DNA of 64,000 nt from an uncultured bacterium (GTDB taxonomy: Bacteria; Chloroflexota; UBA5177; JANWHV01), in NCBI GenBank assembly GCA_963827235.1, contig CAWHAE010000008.1, positions 96,001 to 160,000 on the forward strand, given 5' to 3'. The notes beneath the pieces were generated by a model that was not told where the DNA came from, ran no database searches, and was given only the letters and a program-made list of their open reading frames with translations. Below are positions 32,751-43,240 of this stretch, in pieces. Within the stretch, counting starts at the first letter, position 1, and each line of letters begins with the position of its first letter. The position numbers were made by a program, and so were the translations under genes.

Positions 32751-33184
32751 TCACCGCGGCTACCGGCCTTCCCCCCTTCTTCGAAGCTGTGATCTACGGC
32801 GCAGAGAACGACCCTCTGCACCATCCCTACCAGCGCACGACCGAAGGTACTATAGCATAAGGTGCATTGAAAGTCACCACCCCGGCTGGTTTTCAATGCC
32901 GTTTGCCTGCCCTCAACGGCCCAGTCACCACAAAGTGTTGTGAGCACTACCTTTTTTCTACCGGCTATGTAGTTGACCGGCATTCCCCCCAGCCGCAAAT
33001 CGATAGCATATATATGCATATCGCATGCATAAGGGACGTTATGGAGCGAGAATGACGCCCTTGTTCCGTCTGCTTCCCGAGGAGCGGGGCCTGTTTCCGT
33101 TCATTCACGGGCCGGTTACGATGATCCCATCGAAGCACTCCGCTATTGGACACCACCGGCACTGGGCGCGAGTACACTGAGGGC

Positions 33185-34330
33185 ATGCACGTCATATGTG
33201 CTCCGGACAAGTTCAAAGGAAGTCTCACCGCCGAGGCAGTCGCGGAAGCCATGGCGCTGGGCGTCGGGCGTGCCGCACCCGGCTGTACCGCAATCCGGCT
33301 TCCGCTGGCTGATGGCGGCGACGGCACCGTAGACGCCTTGGTGTCGGCCCTTGGCGGTACTCGGATGAGTGTGCCGTGCCATGATCCGCTTGGCCGACCC
33401 ATGGTGGCGGAGATCGGCGATCTCGGCGGCGGCACGTTCGTAATCGAAATGGCCCGCGCGTCGGGGTTGGCGTTGCTTCGGCCCGAGGAGCTGGATCCTT
33501 TCCACGCCGGGACCTACGGCACGGGAGAGCTCGTTCTCGCCGCGATCAAACGCGGAGCCAAGCAGATCGTGCTGGGCGCGGGAGGCAGCGCGACCATTGA
33601 CGGCGGTGCAGGGGCGCTGATGGCGCTCGGGGCGCGCCTGCTCGACGAGGACGGACGCGACGTGGCGCCGGGGAATGCAGGCTTGGCTCGGCTGGCATCG
33701 TTCGACAGCAGCGAATTGAAGGCACGAATGCGTGGTGTGACGCTGAGGGTCGCGAATGATGTGACGAACGTGCTCGCTGGGCTCGAGGGTGCGGCGGCCG
33801 TCTACGGGCCTCAGAAGGGCGCCAAGCGTGCGGACATCCAGGTGCTCGACAAGAATTTGCTTCGCTTCGCCGCCGTCGCTTCGCGTGACGCCGGCGTGGA
33901 CATTGCTTCACGACCCGGGTCAGGAGCAGCAGGAGGACTGACCGCGGGCCTGCTGCTTGCCGGGGCGTCGCTCGAATCCGGCATCGAGCTCATCCTGGAT
34001 GCGGTTGACTTCGACGCGCGGCTCCCCGGTACCGACCTGGTGCTCACGGGGGAGGGCTGCATAGACGGCCAGTCGCTTCGCGGAAAGGTCGTGAGTGGCG
34101 TGGTGAGACATGCCTCGGCGATGCACATTCCGGTGGTCGCTCTCGGCGGTGTCTTGCGAGCACGCGAGCTGGGCCCACTCTACGCGGCTGGCCTGACCGC
34201 CGCCGTGGCAATAGCAGATGGACCGATGAGCCCGATCAAGGCTTTCGCTCGGGCTGCGCCGTTAGTAGAGCGCGCGGCGGAAGCCGTCTTGCGGATACTG
34301 CTGGCCGGCGCTGCCGGCCGCCGAGGCTGA
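33185..34330 (+). CDS. glxK: Glycerate kinase (GlxK/GarK family)
   Basis: APDKFKGSL, ADGGDGT, GPQKGA, GAAGG, TGEG. Confidence 0.95.
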   Translation: MHVICAPDKFKGSLTAEAVAEAMALGVGRAAPGCTAIRLPLADGGDGTVDALVSALGGTRMSVPCHDPLGRPMVAEIGDLGGGTFVIEMARASGLALLRPEELDPFHAGTYGTGELVLAAIKRGAKQIVLGAGGSATIDGGAGALMALGARLLDEDGRDVAPGNAGLARLASFDSSELKARMRGVTLRVANDVTNVLAGLEGAAAVYGPQKGAKRADIQVLDKNLLRFAAVASRDAGVDIASRPGSGAAGGLTAGLLLAGASLESGIELILDAVDFDARLPGTDLVLTGEGCIDGQSLRGKVVSGVVRHASAMHIPVVALGGVLRARELGPLYAAGLTAAVAIADGPMSPIKAFARAAPLVERAAEAVLRILLAGAAGRRG

Positions 34331-34419
34331 TCCCACTGGCCCGCTTCGTGGCGCTGCTGCGCTCCAAACCAGCAGCGCCACCGAAGCCTCCGGTAGCCAA
34401 GCCGGCGCCGTCGCGGGCG

Positions 34420-36195
34420 CTACTCCGTCATGCCGTGAATGTAGCGCTTGCCCCGCATGAGCGAAGCCACTGCCGCCACCACTGAGAACACGGCGGAAAT
34501 GTAGAACGCGGCGTGCAGGCCGTCCATGAAGGCCGGCATAATCAGGTGTGGAAAGAAGGTCTTGCCGAACAAGTTCGACTGTGCGTGCGCGCTGAGATGC
34601 GCTGCGACGCCACTCGGTATCAGCTGGTGCATCGGATTGTAGCCGAGGAAGGCGGCAAATAGCACGCTGATCGGCGGCAAGCCGGCAATCTGATGTGCCA
34701 GGTTCCCCGGCAGTCCGTTCGCGATTAATCCGCTCGACATCACGCCCGGGAGTGACGACGCCAGACCTGCCGTAAGGACGGTAAAGAACAGGGCCATGCT
34801 TACCATCATGCCGGCGTTTTGGAACGTGCCGCGCATGCCGGAGGCCACGCCCCGCGACTCCGCCGGCACCGAGTTCATGATGCTGGTTGTGTTTGGTGCG
34901 GCGAACATGCCTTGCCCGGCACCCATGAGCAGCAGAATGGCAAAGAACACCAGCCGGTTGAAGTCTCCCGGAAGCAGGTTCAGCAGCACGAAGCCCACCG
35001 AGGTCAGAAGCATGCCGCCTGTCGAGAAGGCACGTGCCCCGTAACGGTCGGAGAGCCACCCGGAGACCGGGCCCAGGCCGATGAAGCCAAGCATCATCGG
35101 CATGGTATAGATACCCGCCCAGAGCGGTGTGTCTTCGTACGAGATGCCGTGCAGCGGCAGCCAAATGCCCTGAAGCCAGATGATCAACATGAACTGCAGG
35201 CCTCCGCGACCCAGCGCGCCAAGAAAGCCGCTCAGGTTGCCGGCTGCGAACATGCGTATCTTGAACAGCTCGAGATGGAACAGAGGGTCGGGCGATTTCG
35301 TCTCGAGCCAGAGAAAGATGACCAGCAGCACGGTGCCGATCACGAGGGCCGCGATCACCCATGGATTGCCCCAGCCCAGGGCGCTGTTGCCATACGGCTC
35401 GATGCCGTAGGTGACGCCGATCAGCAGGACGGTGAGGCCGACCAAGAATGTGAAATTGCCTGGAATATCGAGGTGCTGACCACTATTGATCGACGCGATC
35501 TCGTGTAGGCGGAGATAGGCCCACACGGTGCCGAAGATTCCGAACGGCACGCTGACCAGGAAGACCAGTCGCCAGTCCACCGAAGCCAGCCAGCCGCCGA
35601 TCAGGAGTCCGCCCAGCGAGCCGGAGATAGCAGCAATTTGGTTGATCCCCATGGCCATGCCGCGCTCGTGGGGCGGAAAGGCGTCGGTGATCAGGGCGGC
35701 GCTGTTGGAGAAGAGGAAGGCGCCCCCTATACCCTGGACGACGCGGAAGGTCAGTAGCTCGATGCCCGCCTGGGTGCCGGTACCGGGCGTGAACACCAGC
35801 AGTAGCGAGCCCAGCGTGAAGACCGCGAAGCCGAGATTGTAGAGCCGCACTCGGCCGAACATATCCGATACGCGGCCGAAGGTCACCAGCAGTGTCGCCG
35901 TGACCAGCGTGTAGCCCATCAAGATCCAGAGCAGGAAACCTGAGTTGCCCGGAGCCATCGGGTTGAGGGCTATGCCGCGAAAGATAGCCGGCAGCGAGAT
36001 CATCATGATGCTGCCGTTGATGGACGCTACCACCATGCCGATCGTCGTGTTGGAGAGCACGATCCACTTGTACCGGTCGCCAGTGTGCTTCGCGGCCGTT
36101 GTGGCTGCAGCCTCCTCACCATCCTCTCCGCAGCCCTCCGGCTCGCGACGGTGCTCGCTCACCTGCTCGCGAGCCGGTGATATCACGTGTGACAA
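34420..36195 (-). CDS. MFS transporter, DHA2 (EmrB/QacA-like)
   Basis: Many TM helices; motif [10 protein letters not shown] and GWLSDRYG. Confidence 0.93.
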   Translation of the reverse strand: MSHVISPAREQVSEHRREPEGCGEDGEEAAATTAAKHTGDRYKWIVLSNTTIGMVVASINGSIMMISLPAIFRGIALNPMAPGNSGFLLWILMGYTLVTATLLVTFGRVSDMFGRVRLYNLGFAVFTLGSLLLVFTPGTGTQAGIELLTFRVVQGIGGAFLFSNSAALITDAFPPHERGMAMGINQIAAISGSLGGLLIGGWLASVDWRLVFLVSVPFGIFGTVWAYLRLHEIASINSGQHLDIPGNFTFLVGLTVLLIGVTYGIEPYGNSALGWGNPWVIAALVIGTVLLVIFLWLETKSPDPLFHLELFKIRMFAAGNLSGFLGALGRGGLQFMLIIWLQGIWLPLHGISYEDTPLWAGIYTMPMMLGFIGLGPVSGWLSDRYGARAFSTGGMLLTSVGFVLLNLLPGDFNRLVFFAILLLMGAGQGMFAAPNTTSIMNSVPAESRGVASGMRGTFQNAGMMVSMALFFTVLTAGLASSLPGVMSSGLIANGLPGNLAHQIAGLPPISVLFAAFLGYNPMHQLIPSGVAAHLSAHAQSNLFGKTFFPHLIMPAFMDGLHAAFYISAVFSVVAAVASLMRGKRYIHGMTE

Positions 36196-36243
36196 GAAAT
36201 CCGACCTTTCCAGCCCGGGAGGCTCTGTTACCTCGAAAGTCTC

Positions 36244-37131
36244 TCACCTGCCTTGCGCATCCTCGTGGCGCTCCCTGGGTAGCGAAGTAGCCCTGGGAAG
36301 GCCGGTGCGCACCAACAACGCGACCGCCGGCTCTTGCTGTACGACGCGGTCTGCCACCGAGGTCGCGAGCCACCGCGTGACGGACGCATGCGCGTGGGTC
36401 GCCATGATCACCATGTGACCTTCCCGCGCCAGATCGCCGATCGCGGTGGCCGCCGCTCCCGCGACGACACGGCGTCGCACTGACGCCAAACCCTTGTTTG
36501 AGAGCCGCTCCGCCACCCCGGACAGGTAGCGCTCCGCCGCCAACTCCTGGTCCGCGTCCGGCACCACCCGGAGCAGACTAATCTGCTGCACGACGGCGGG
36601 CGCCAGCTCCCGCACGGCGTTGAGTGCTTCTTCATGCTCGTCCGTTCCGTCCAAGGGCACCACGGCGTGCGCCAGGCACGCCGGATCTGCCGCGCCCGAC
36701 ACTACGAGCAGCGGCGCACTCCCGTGCCGGAGCAGAAAGGAGGCCACCGGGCTCATGGCGAGACGAGCAGGCCCGCCGCGGTGACGGATGCTTAGTGCCA
36801 CGAGGTCGATACCCAGCTCGCGCTCGTACAGCACGAGCTGCGGTGCCGCTTCCCCGGTCAGCACTTCCGTTTGTGCGGCTGTTCCACTGGCTGCAAGGCG
36901 GGAGCGCACGCCCTCGAGATACATCCGTGCCGATCCCTCGTCCGCGGCTATCATGGTGTCGTACGTCGATTGTGAGACATACGCGGCGGCCGGCACGGCA
37001 CTCAGAGGAGGCAGGATCACTCGAACCAGGTGGATCGTCGCGCGGCAGGCCATCGCCAGCCTTCGCGCCAGCGGTAGCACGTGCTCCGCCTGAATCGATC
37101 CGTCAAGGGGAACGAGGATTCGATGCAGCAC
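36244..37131 (-). CDS. Universal stress protein with tandem USP domains
   Basis: RILVPLDGS and VVPLDG, SVADRVV. Confidence 0.92.
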   Translation of the reverse strand: MLHRILVPLDGSIQAEHVLPLARRLAMACRATIHLVRVILPPLSAVPAAAYVSQSTYDTMIAADEGSARMYLEGVRSRLAASGTAAQTEVLTGEAAPQLVLYERELGIDLVALSIRHRGGPARLAMSPVASFLLRHGSAPLLVVSGAADPACLAHAVVPLDGTDEHEEALNAVRELAPAVVQQISLLRVVPDADQELAAERYLSGVAERLSNKGLASVRRRVVAGAAATAIGDLAREGHMVIMATHAHASVTRWLATSVADRVVQQEPAVALLVRTGLPRATSLPRERHEDAQGR

Positions 37132-37260
37132 CTACATCTACCCCCTCTCCGACCCTCGCTAAGGACGCTCAGCCGGCACGCCACAGCGGCTGCAGGAGTT
37201 CCACAGACCTTGCGCGCTGTTCATTGACCGGCCGGCTCGGCGCCCGCCTGCCTGACTTTC

Positions 37261-37294
37261 TTGTAGCATACAGCTAAATCTGTGTATGATGCAA
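37261..37294. promoter_or_regulatory. Imperfect palindrome, candidate MarR operator
   Basis: TTGTAGCATACA-N10-TGTATGATGCAA (10 of 12 positions match) between divergent usp and marR. Confidence 0.5.
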
Positions 37295-37378
37295 ATAAGT
37301 GATACGCCGGGCCGTATGGCCTCGGACAACTGCCGTCCGGCGCATCAGGGGTGAGTCATGGCAGGGAAGGGATAGACG

Positions 37379-37891
37379 ATGGCCACAGCGGCAGAGGGAC
37401 ATGACGCTGATCCCGTCGGCGTGGTCGCGCACGAGACGGCGGTGCTTATCCGGCGTGCTGAGTCGGCTCGCAGGCGTGTGCAGGTGCTCGATCGCTCGGC
37501 TTACCTGCTCCTGGACGCCGTTGCAGCGCGCAGCCCCATGCCACTGGGCACACTCGCGGATCGCTTCCAACTCGACAATTCCACTATCAGCCGGCAAGTT
37601 GCCGCGCTGGAAGCCAGAGGCCTATTGGAGCGCCGTGTCGATCCCGAGGACGGCAGGGTGTTCCGTCTCGCAATTACCCAGTCAGGACTGGCGCACCTGA
37701 GCTCGGCCCGCAGGGTGCGGTACGAGCTCTTCGCCGAGCTGCTGGATGGCTGGACGGACGCAGAGCGCCGCGAGTTCGGTGCGGCGCTTCACCGCTTCAA
37801 CGAAGAGATTGCGCGGCACGAACTGCACTCGCAGCCGGCCGCCGCGGGTCCGCGGGACCAGCGCGCGACGAGCGGTGAGGATGGCGCCTGA
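37379..37891 (+). CDS. MarR-family regulator
   Basis: LDNSTISRQVAALEARGLLERRVDPEDGR. Confidence 0.93.
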   Translation: MATAAEGHDADPVGVVAHETAVLIRRAESARRRVQVLDRSAYLLLDAVAARSPMPLGTLADRFQLDNSTISRQVAALEARGLLERRVDPEDGRVFRLAITQSGLAHLSSARRVRYELFAELLDGWTDAERREFGAALHRFNEEIARHELHSQPAAAGPRDQRATSGEDGA

Positions 37892-37960
37892 CCTGAGCCC
37901 GCGGTCGACGGCGCACCAGCGATCCACAATCCAGCCCTTAGGGCCGCCGATCCTATGGGA

Positions 37961-37997
37961 GCGGGGACGCTTCGCGTGGGCGCGGGGACGCTTCGCG
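37961..37997 (+). repeat. 16-bp direct repeat, two copies, 21-bp period
   Basis: GCGGGGACGCTTCGCG at 37961 and 37982. Confidence 0.8.
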
Positions 37998-38133
37998 GCG
38001 ACTGAATCCACGATCTGGCGCTGCCCCTCTGCGTGGTATGCTCAACCGAGGAGGCGACTGCCCGGCCGGACCGGCGAACAGGGAGACGGGGCGGCGGTCA
38101 ATGCATGAGACGGGTGAAGGTGAGGAGTGCCGC

Positions 38134-38727
38134 ATGGACCCGCGTATCGGTACGTGCTCACGCATTACGGGTGAAACCCGCGTCGACACGCGTTGGGATC
38201 TGGACGGCGGCGGGGACGCAACTGTCAAGACAGGTGTCGGCTTTCTTGACCACATGCTGGATCTGCTCGCCCACCATGGGCTGTTCGACCTCCGCGTGGA
38301 GACCGCCGGAGATCTGCATGTCGACGCCCACCATACCGTCGAGGACACCGGTCTGGCGCTCGGCGTGGCACTCCTGCAGGCGCTCGGCGATCGGCGCGGC
38401 ATTGTGCGCATGGCTCATGCCGTCGTGCCCATGGACGAATCTCTCGTTCTTGTGGCCGTCGATCTCTCCGGCCGCCCCTGTTGCGTGCTCGATCTGCCGC
38501 TTCGCAGCCCAATGCTTGGCTCGCTTCCCGCAGACATGGTGCCGCACTTCTTCCAGTCGCTGGCCACTGAGGCGCGCTGCAACTTGCATATCCGTCTCAT
38601 AGTGGGAGAGAATGACCACCACAAAGTGGAGGCGGCCTTCAAAGGACTTGCGCGTGCGCTGCACGCTGCGACGCGCATAGATCCTGCCCGCGGTGGCCGC
38701 GTGCCCAGCTCAAAGGGCGTGCTCTAG
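38134..38727 (+). CDS. hisB: Imidazoleglycerol-phosphate dehydratase
   Basis: GFLDHML, DAHHTVED, PMDE, NDHHKVEA, PSSKGVL. Confidence 0.97.
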   Translation: MDPRIGTCSRITGETRVDTRWDLDGGGDATVKTGVGFLDHMLDLLAHHGLFDLRVETAGDLHVDAHHTVEDTGLALGVALLQALGDRRGIVRMAHAVVPMDESLVLVAVDLSGRPCCVLDLPLRSPMLGSLPADMVPHFFQSLATEARCNLHIRLIVGENDHHKVEAAFKGLARALHAATRIDPARGGRVPSSKGVL

Positions 38728-38775
38728 AGTGCGCGACGGGCGGCGTCGGCGACGGAAGGCTCGAGGTCGACCGGC

Positions 38776-39621
38776 TTGAGCGCTTGGCCGTCCGGACGAA
38801 TCGACCTCCATACACACACGACCGCTTCCGACGGCACGTTAGCCCCTGAGCAACTGGTCGAGGTTGCCATTGGACGCGGCATCTCGGTTCTGGGCATCAC
38901 GGATCACGACTCCGTACAAGCCATCGACCGCGCGCGGGACGCGGCTGCCGGCTCGGGACTGCGCATCGTGGCCGGCCTCGAGCTGAGCACCCGGCTCGAA
39001 GGGCTCAGTGTGCATCTGCTGGCGTACGGTATAGACGTTCGATCCCCGAAGCTTCTCTCAACCCTGGCGCACCGTGTCGAGCTACGCGCCGCGAGAGCGC
39101 GTCGCATCGTGCAGAGGCTGGTCGATCAGGGAGTGTCCATTTCCTGGGACCTGATCGCGAGCCAGACGAGCGGTGCTATCGGCAGGCCCCACATCGCGCG
39201 AGCGCTAATTGGCCGTGGCTATGCCTCAAACGTGAGTGACGCGTTCTCCCGCTGGATCGGCATGGACAGACCGGCCTACTTACCGTCGCCGTCGCTCAGT
39301 CCGGCCCAAGCAGTAGAGCTTGCGCACAGCGCCGGAGGGGAGGTCGGCCTGGCGCATCCGATGCGCGGCAGCAGCAGACGTCCCATATCCGCCATTCCTG
39401 CCCTGATCGAAGCCGGCGTTACCGGCCTGGAGACCCATTACACGGAGCATAGTACCGAGGACGTCGCCAGGCTTTGCGCCGTGGCCGAACGCCACGGCCT
39501 CTGGTGGTGCGGCGGCAGCGACTTTCACGGCACGAACAAGCCGCAGATTCAGCTCGGCTGTGTGGACGTTCCAACAAGTGTGCTTGAGCAAGGACCATTT
39601 CGGGCGATGGCCGGCGACTAG
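38776..39621 (+). CDS. PHP-domain phosphoesterase (YciV/TrpH-like)
   Basis: DLHTHTTASDG, TDHD, GRPHIA, LAHP, GGSDFHG. Confidence 0.93.
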   Translation: MSAWPSGRIDLHTHTTASDGTLAPEQLVEVAIGRGISVLGITDHDSVQAIDRARDAAAGSGLRIVAGLELSTRLEGLSVHLLAYGIDVRSPKLLSTLAHRVELRAARARRIVQRLVDQGVSISWDLIASQTSGAIGRPHIARALIGRGYASNVSDAFSRWIGMDRPAYLPSPSLSPAQAVELAHSAGGEVGLAHPMRGSSRRPISAIPALIEAGVTGLETHYTEHSTEDVARLCAVAERHGLWWCGGSDFHGTNKPQIQLGCVDVPTSVLEQGPFRAMAGD

Positions 39622-40050
39622 AGGCATCTGCCTCATGTGCCGCAAGTCACCTGACTGCATGGGTGGCGGCGGGCCACGCTCGTCGGCGTCGCGCATTTTA
39701 CATGCTCAACGGAGCTCAAGCATTTCCAGTCGTGGTACCATGAGCGTGGGAGTGGCCACGACAACCTCGAGGACGAGTACTGCCGGGCGGCTGCTACCCA
39801 TAGGCGCCGCGCCATGATGGCGTGTTCAGTGCCTGTGCTCCGTCGTCGAAGTGTTCTCGCGCTCGTGCTGGCGTCCTGCAGGGCGCTCGTGTGCGCATAT
39901 CGGGGTTCGGCCGATCTATATCTGCCGGACATCTGCGCGACAGTCGCCGCGCCTCCCGGATCCTATCAGTCGACTTTTTTGAGAGGCCGATGCGCGCGCT
40001 TGGCCCCGGTTGGACGAAGCGCGCTCTCCGGCCGAGTGAGGAGCTAGTTC

Positions 40051-40326
40051 ATGTCCACAACCCAGGCACGTGAGCCCGATGGGCTCGATGCAGTCAGTCG
40101 TGCGCGGCTTTCGGAGGCCGACCGCGCCCTCATGATGGCCGTGGCCGAGCGCGAGCTCGCACAGGGAAAGATATCGTTTGAAGAGTATGCCGACATCCGT
40201 GACCGTTGCCACGTGTCCTTTGCCCAGGCGCTGAATCGAGTGGTAGACCGGGTCAAGAGCGTCGTGAGGCCTGGCGGAGGTGCCGGGTCGGCGCCGAAGC
40301 CCACGATGACTCCTCGCCACGCCTGA
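40051..40326 (+). CDS. Small protein with a SHOCT-like motif
   Basis: GAGGAG RBS; ERELAQGKISFEEYADIR. Confidence 0.65.
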   Translation: MSTTQAREPDGLDAVSRARLSEADRALMMAVAERELAQGKISFEEYADIRDRCHVSFAQALNRVVDRVKSVVRPGGGAGSAPKPTMTPRHA

Positions 40327-40366
40327 CAGCGCTGATCGGCATAGATGTCGGTGATTGGAGCAAAGC

Positions 40367-40555
40367 ATGGTAGACCCTGCGTTCCTATCAACGCTGGCTA
40401 ACGCCGTGCACAGCGAGCGTCTTGCCGAAGCTGCCACCGTGGGTGAGCGGCGAAGGCTGCTGCGCGAGGCACGGCGAAACCAGAGAGAGCGTGACCGTCG
40501 GCGGGCGGCTGCCGACACGTTCGACCTGCTCGTGGCACAGCCTGGCACCGGCTAA
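40367..40555 (+). CDS. Small charged helical hypothetical protein
   Basis: GGAG RBS before ATG; ERLAEAA...RRRLLREARR. Confidence 0.55.
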   Translation: MVDPAFLSTLANAVHSERLAEAATVGERRRLLREARRNQRERDRRRAAADTFDLLVAQPGTG

Positions 40556-40806
40556 CCAGTGTTCCCTAAGGACTCGGCATAGCCGGAGTGTACGGCGTGC
40601 CAGGCGATACACAGCCCCAGAACGATGGCGTTCTGGGGCTGTGCAGTTTTGGCAGGGAGCGCCCGACTGCGCGGAGTCCTCGGCCGGCGGCCTGCGCCGA
40701 ACTCGTGCTACCGAGCGGCGAGGGTCCGGGTAGTCGCGAGATCCTGGCGCAAAGATTGCATGTTGGCGCCGGCAGGGCGTCGCCCGTTGTGGCGTGTCCG
40801 GAGTGG

Positions 40807-42636
40807 TCAAGGGTACGCGTCGACGGCGTTGTAGTGGGACGTGAATTGCTGTTGGCTGACCTTATCGCCGCTGCTGACCTGGTCGTACGTCGCGTCGATG
40901 CTACCGTCCTGATTGAGCGTTACCGTCGAGCGCAGCGTCGTGGTGCGCTGCACGACATTGTTGTTGAAGATGTATGCCTTGATTAGCAAGCCCTGCACTG
41001 CCATGCCGATCAATAGAGTGTGCTTGGTGTTGTTGGCGAAAACCAGATCGGTGCCGCCTTTTCGGGCCTGCAAGAGCGCGTCTTCACCGGGTATGCCGTT
41101 GAACACGGTTACGTTGGGATAGTGAGTCCGCTGCGTGATCGGTAAGCCGGAGGCAACCGCCGCTTCGAACAGCGCTGAGGCTGCCGCCGAGGGACCGCCG
41201 TTCGTGCCGGAGATGTCGTACTTGAGACCGAATCCGCCCTCTTCCGGCGCGAATCCACCACCCGTCACCACCGGGCTGATGACCGACGTGATCGACAGTG
41301 ATTGACCGGGATCGAGACGGAGATTGTTGAGCTTGCTCGCCGTGACGTCGGCATTGCCCCTCCGAGCCTGCGACGAGCCTGCCAGACTCACCACCGACGT
41401 TCCCATCGCCGTGTCGAAGTTCAGAGCCCGGGCCTTCGCCACCGTGAACTTGCTGTGCGGATGATCGAACGGAATGACGGCAACGTGTCCGTTCTGAGGT
41501 GATGCCAGGATCGCCTGGGCGGCCTTGTCGATGTCAATGGTGAGGCCCGGGCTGTCGGGATAGGGTACGGCCGCGGCAGGCTGGCCATTCGATGCGTCGA
41601 CGAAGCGGAAGTAGGCTGGGATAGGGGCGTGATCGACGGCGGCGGCGATCGGCCGCATGGTGACGGCCAGCTTCTTGGTGTCCAGCCCCATGTTCACCGT
41701 CCATCCTCCGTGACCGTCGCTGCCGGGCGTGAACGTGAGCAGGTGCAGCAATTGGCTGGGCTTGAGATACCATGCCTTCACCTTGTTGAGCGAGCTGAAG
41801 AGCACGTTCTGGCTGAGCAGACTTTGGGCCTGATCTACCGTCTGCTGCGCGATGTCGTGCGAAATCGGCGATGATGGGTACTGCACCGGCAGTGTCACAT
41901 TGAACACGCTGTGTGCGTTTATCTCGTCGTCGAGCAGCCGCGCGGCGGCTCGCGCGTCGAGATACCTGCCCACGAGCGGCTCGCGCGTCACTTCCACCTG
42001 GCCGTTGGCGACCCCGACCTGAGCGGGCTGCGGCGATACCGCGATCTGCTTTGCGATCCGGCCGACGTATTTCTGAACGGCGGCGGTGTCGTGACTGCCC
42101 TGAAGCGCGAAGTCGTGCCCGGAGAGCATGTTCGAAAGCTGATTCCAGATCCTCGCGGCGATGTTGCCCGTATGTCCCTCGTCGCGCACTTCTGCCACGA
42201 CCGGCGCCAGATTGTAATGGGGACGGAACTGGCTATTGGTCACCTCGTAGGTGCTATCGGCAACGTGCAGGATGAGCGGCTGGTTGTTGCGGCTGTCGAT
42301 CTGTTGTTGCAGGTAGGTGGGCACCTCGGCTAGGGCCACACCGCCCAGCGGTATGCCATCTACACTGACGTGCGGATTTACTCGGTCGGAGTAGTAGCTC
42401 TCGAAGAAGAGTAGAGCAATACCCAGCACGGCCACGAAGCTCGCGACCACTCCGAAGCGCATCACGTAGTCCCGAGGCGACGGCTGCTGACCCTTGAAAG
42501 CTGGGCGATCGAGATTACGGCGAAACACCCTGCTCGCCGGAGCGGCCGGGTATGTCGGTCTGTAGTCCGGTCGGGCGAGCCGGCGCCTAAGGGATGGGCG
42601 GGCCGGGGGTGGCTTCCTGCTCGGCGTGCTGCTCAT
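40807..42636 (-). CDS. VanW-family / peptidoglycan-binding membrane protein
   Basis: TM FGVVASFVAVLGIALLFF; VSVDGIPLGG; C-terminal R.GN...LDPGQSLS, GLPITQRTH, DLVFANNT; start may be 42636 or later. Confidence 0.8.
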   Translation of the reverse strand: MSSTPSRKPPPARPSLRRRLARPDYRPTYPAAPASRVFRRNLDRPAFKGQQPSPRDYVMRFGVVASFVAVLGIALLFFESYYSDRVNPHVSVDGIPLGGVALAEVPTYLQQQIDSRNNQPLILHVADSTYEVTNSQFRPHYNLAPVVAEVRDEGHTGNIAARIWNQLSNMLSGHDFALQGSHDTAAVQKYVGRIAKQIAVSPQPAQVGVANGQVEVTREPLVGRYLDARAAARLLDDEINAHSVFNVTLPVQYPSSPISHDIAQQTVDQAQSLLSQNVLFSSLNKVKAWYLKPSQLLHLLTFTPGSDGHGGWTVNMGLDTKKLAVTMRPIAAAVDHAPIPAYFRFVDASNGQPAAAVPYPDSPGLTIDIDKAAQAILASPQNGHVAVIPFDHPHSKFTVAKARALNFDTAMGTSVVSLAGSSQARRGNADVTASKLNNLRLDPGQSLSITSVISPVVTGGGFAPEEGGFGLKYDISGTNGGPSAAASALFEAAVASGLPITQRTHYPNVTVFNGIPGEDALLQARKGGTDLVFANNTKHTLLIGMAVQGLLIKAYIFNNNVVQRTTTLRSTVTLNQDGSIDATYDQVSSGDKVSQQQFTSHYNAVDAYP

Positions 42637-43240
42637 GACGAATCGCCCTATACTCCGGATCCAGGAAGAACGCGCTACCCATCGGCGCCATCCTACCCGC
42701 GTATTTCGAGAGCTTCTTGTTTCGATATGGTATCGTGCTCGGCTGTCCAGTAAAGAAGCATAGCTGGCCGATCCGAAGTCCAGGATACAGCGGAATCGGT
42801 ACCTTGCCGAGGTTGGAGAGCTCAAACGTTATCACCCCGGAGAACCCAGGGTCGATGAACCCTGCCGTGGAGTGGATCTGCAGGCCCAGGCGACCCCAAG
42901 AGCTTCGACCCTCGAGTCTCGCCGACAGATCGGCCGGCAGCCGCACGAACTCAAGCGTGCAGGCGAGCGCGAAGTCCCCGGGATGGAGGACGTACGGCTG
43001 CGACGGCAATATGACATAATCTTGCGTGTATTCCGCGATGTCTGCACGCAGTGCGGCCTCGTCCTGAATCGGTTCGATATAGGGAAGCGCGCTTCGCCGT
43101 TGGGCCTGGAAGCGCGTGCCCAGCCGCACGTCGAGCGACGTCGGCCCGAGCTGAGTCGCCAGCTCCACAATCGGCGTGACGACCAGATCCCTGTCGACAA
43201 GGAGACGCCGCACAATCTCCCTTTCGTTGAGAATACTCAC
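42587..43240 (-). CDS. dcd: dCTP deaminase (trimeric dUTPase fold)
   Basis: PTSLDVRLG, EGRSSWGRLG, TAGFIDPGFSG, FELSN, RIGQL. Confidence 0.93.
   Translation of the reverse strand: MSILNEREIVRRLLVDRDLVVTPIVELATQLGPTSLDVRLGTRFQAQRRSALPYIEPIQDEAALRADIAEYTQDYVILPSQPYVLHPGDFALACTLEFVRLPADLSARLEGRSSWGRLGLQIHSTAGFIDPGFSGVITFELSNLGKVPIPLYPGLRIGQLCFFTGQPSTIPYRNKKLSKYAGRMAPMGSAFFLDPEYRAIRHEQHAEQEATPGPPIP

Noticed and set aside
32750-33100. c-di-AMP (ydaO) riboswitch upstream of the 3D gene
   Set aside because: The conserved CAGCTAAC/GCTGAA elements were not found on the minus strand
38776-39621. PHP protein as a histidinol-phosphatase because it follows hisB
   Set aside because: Motifs (GRPHIA, GGSDFHG) fit the YciV/TrpH subfamily better than HisJ/HisK; adjacency alone is insufficient
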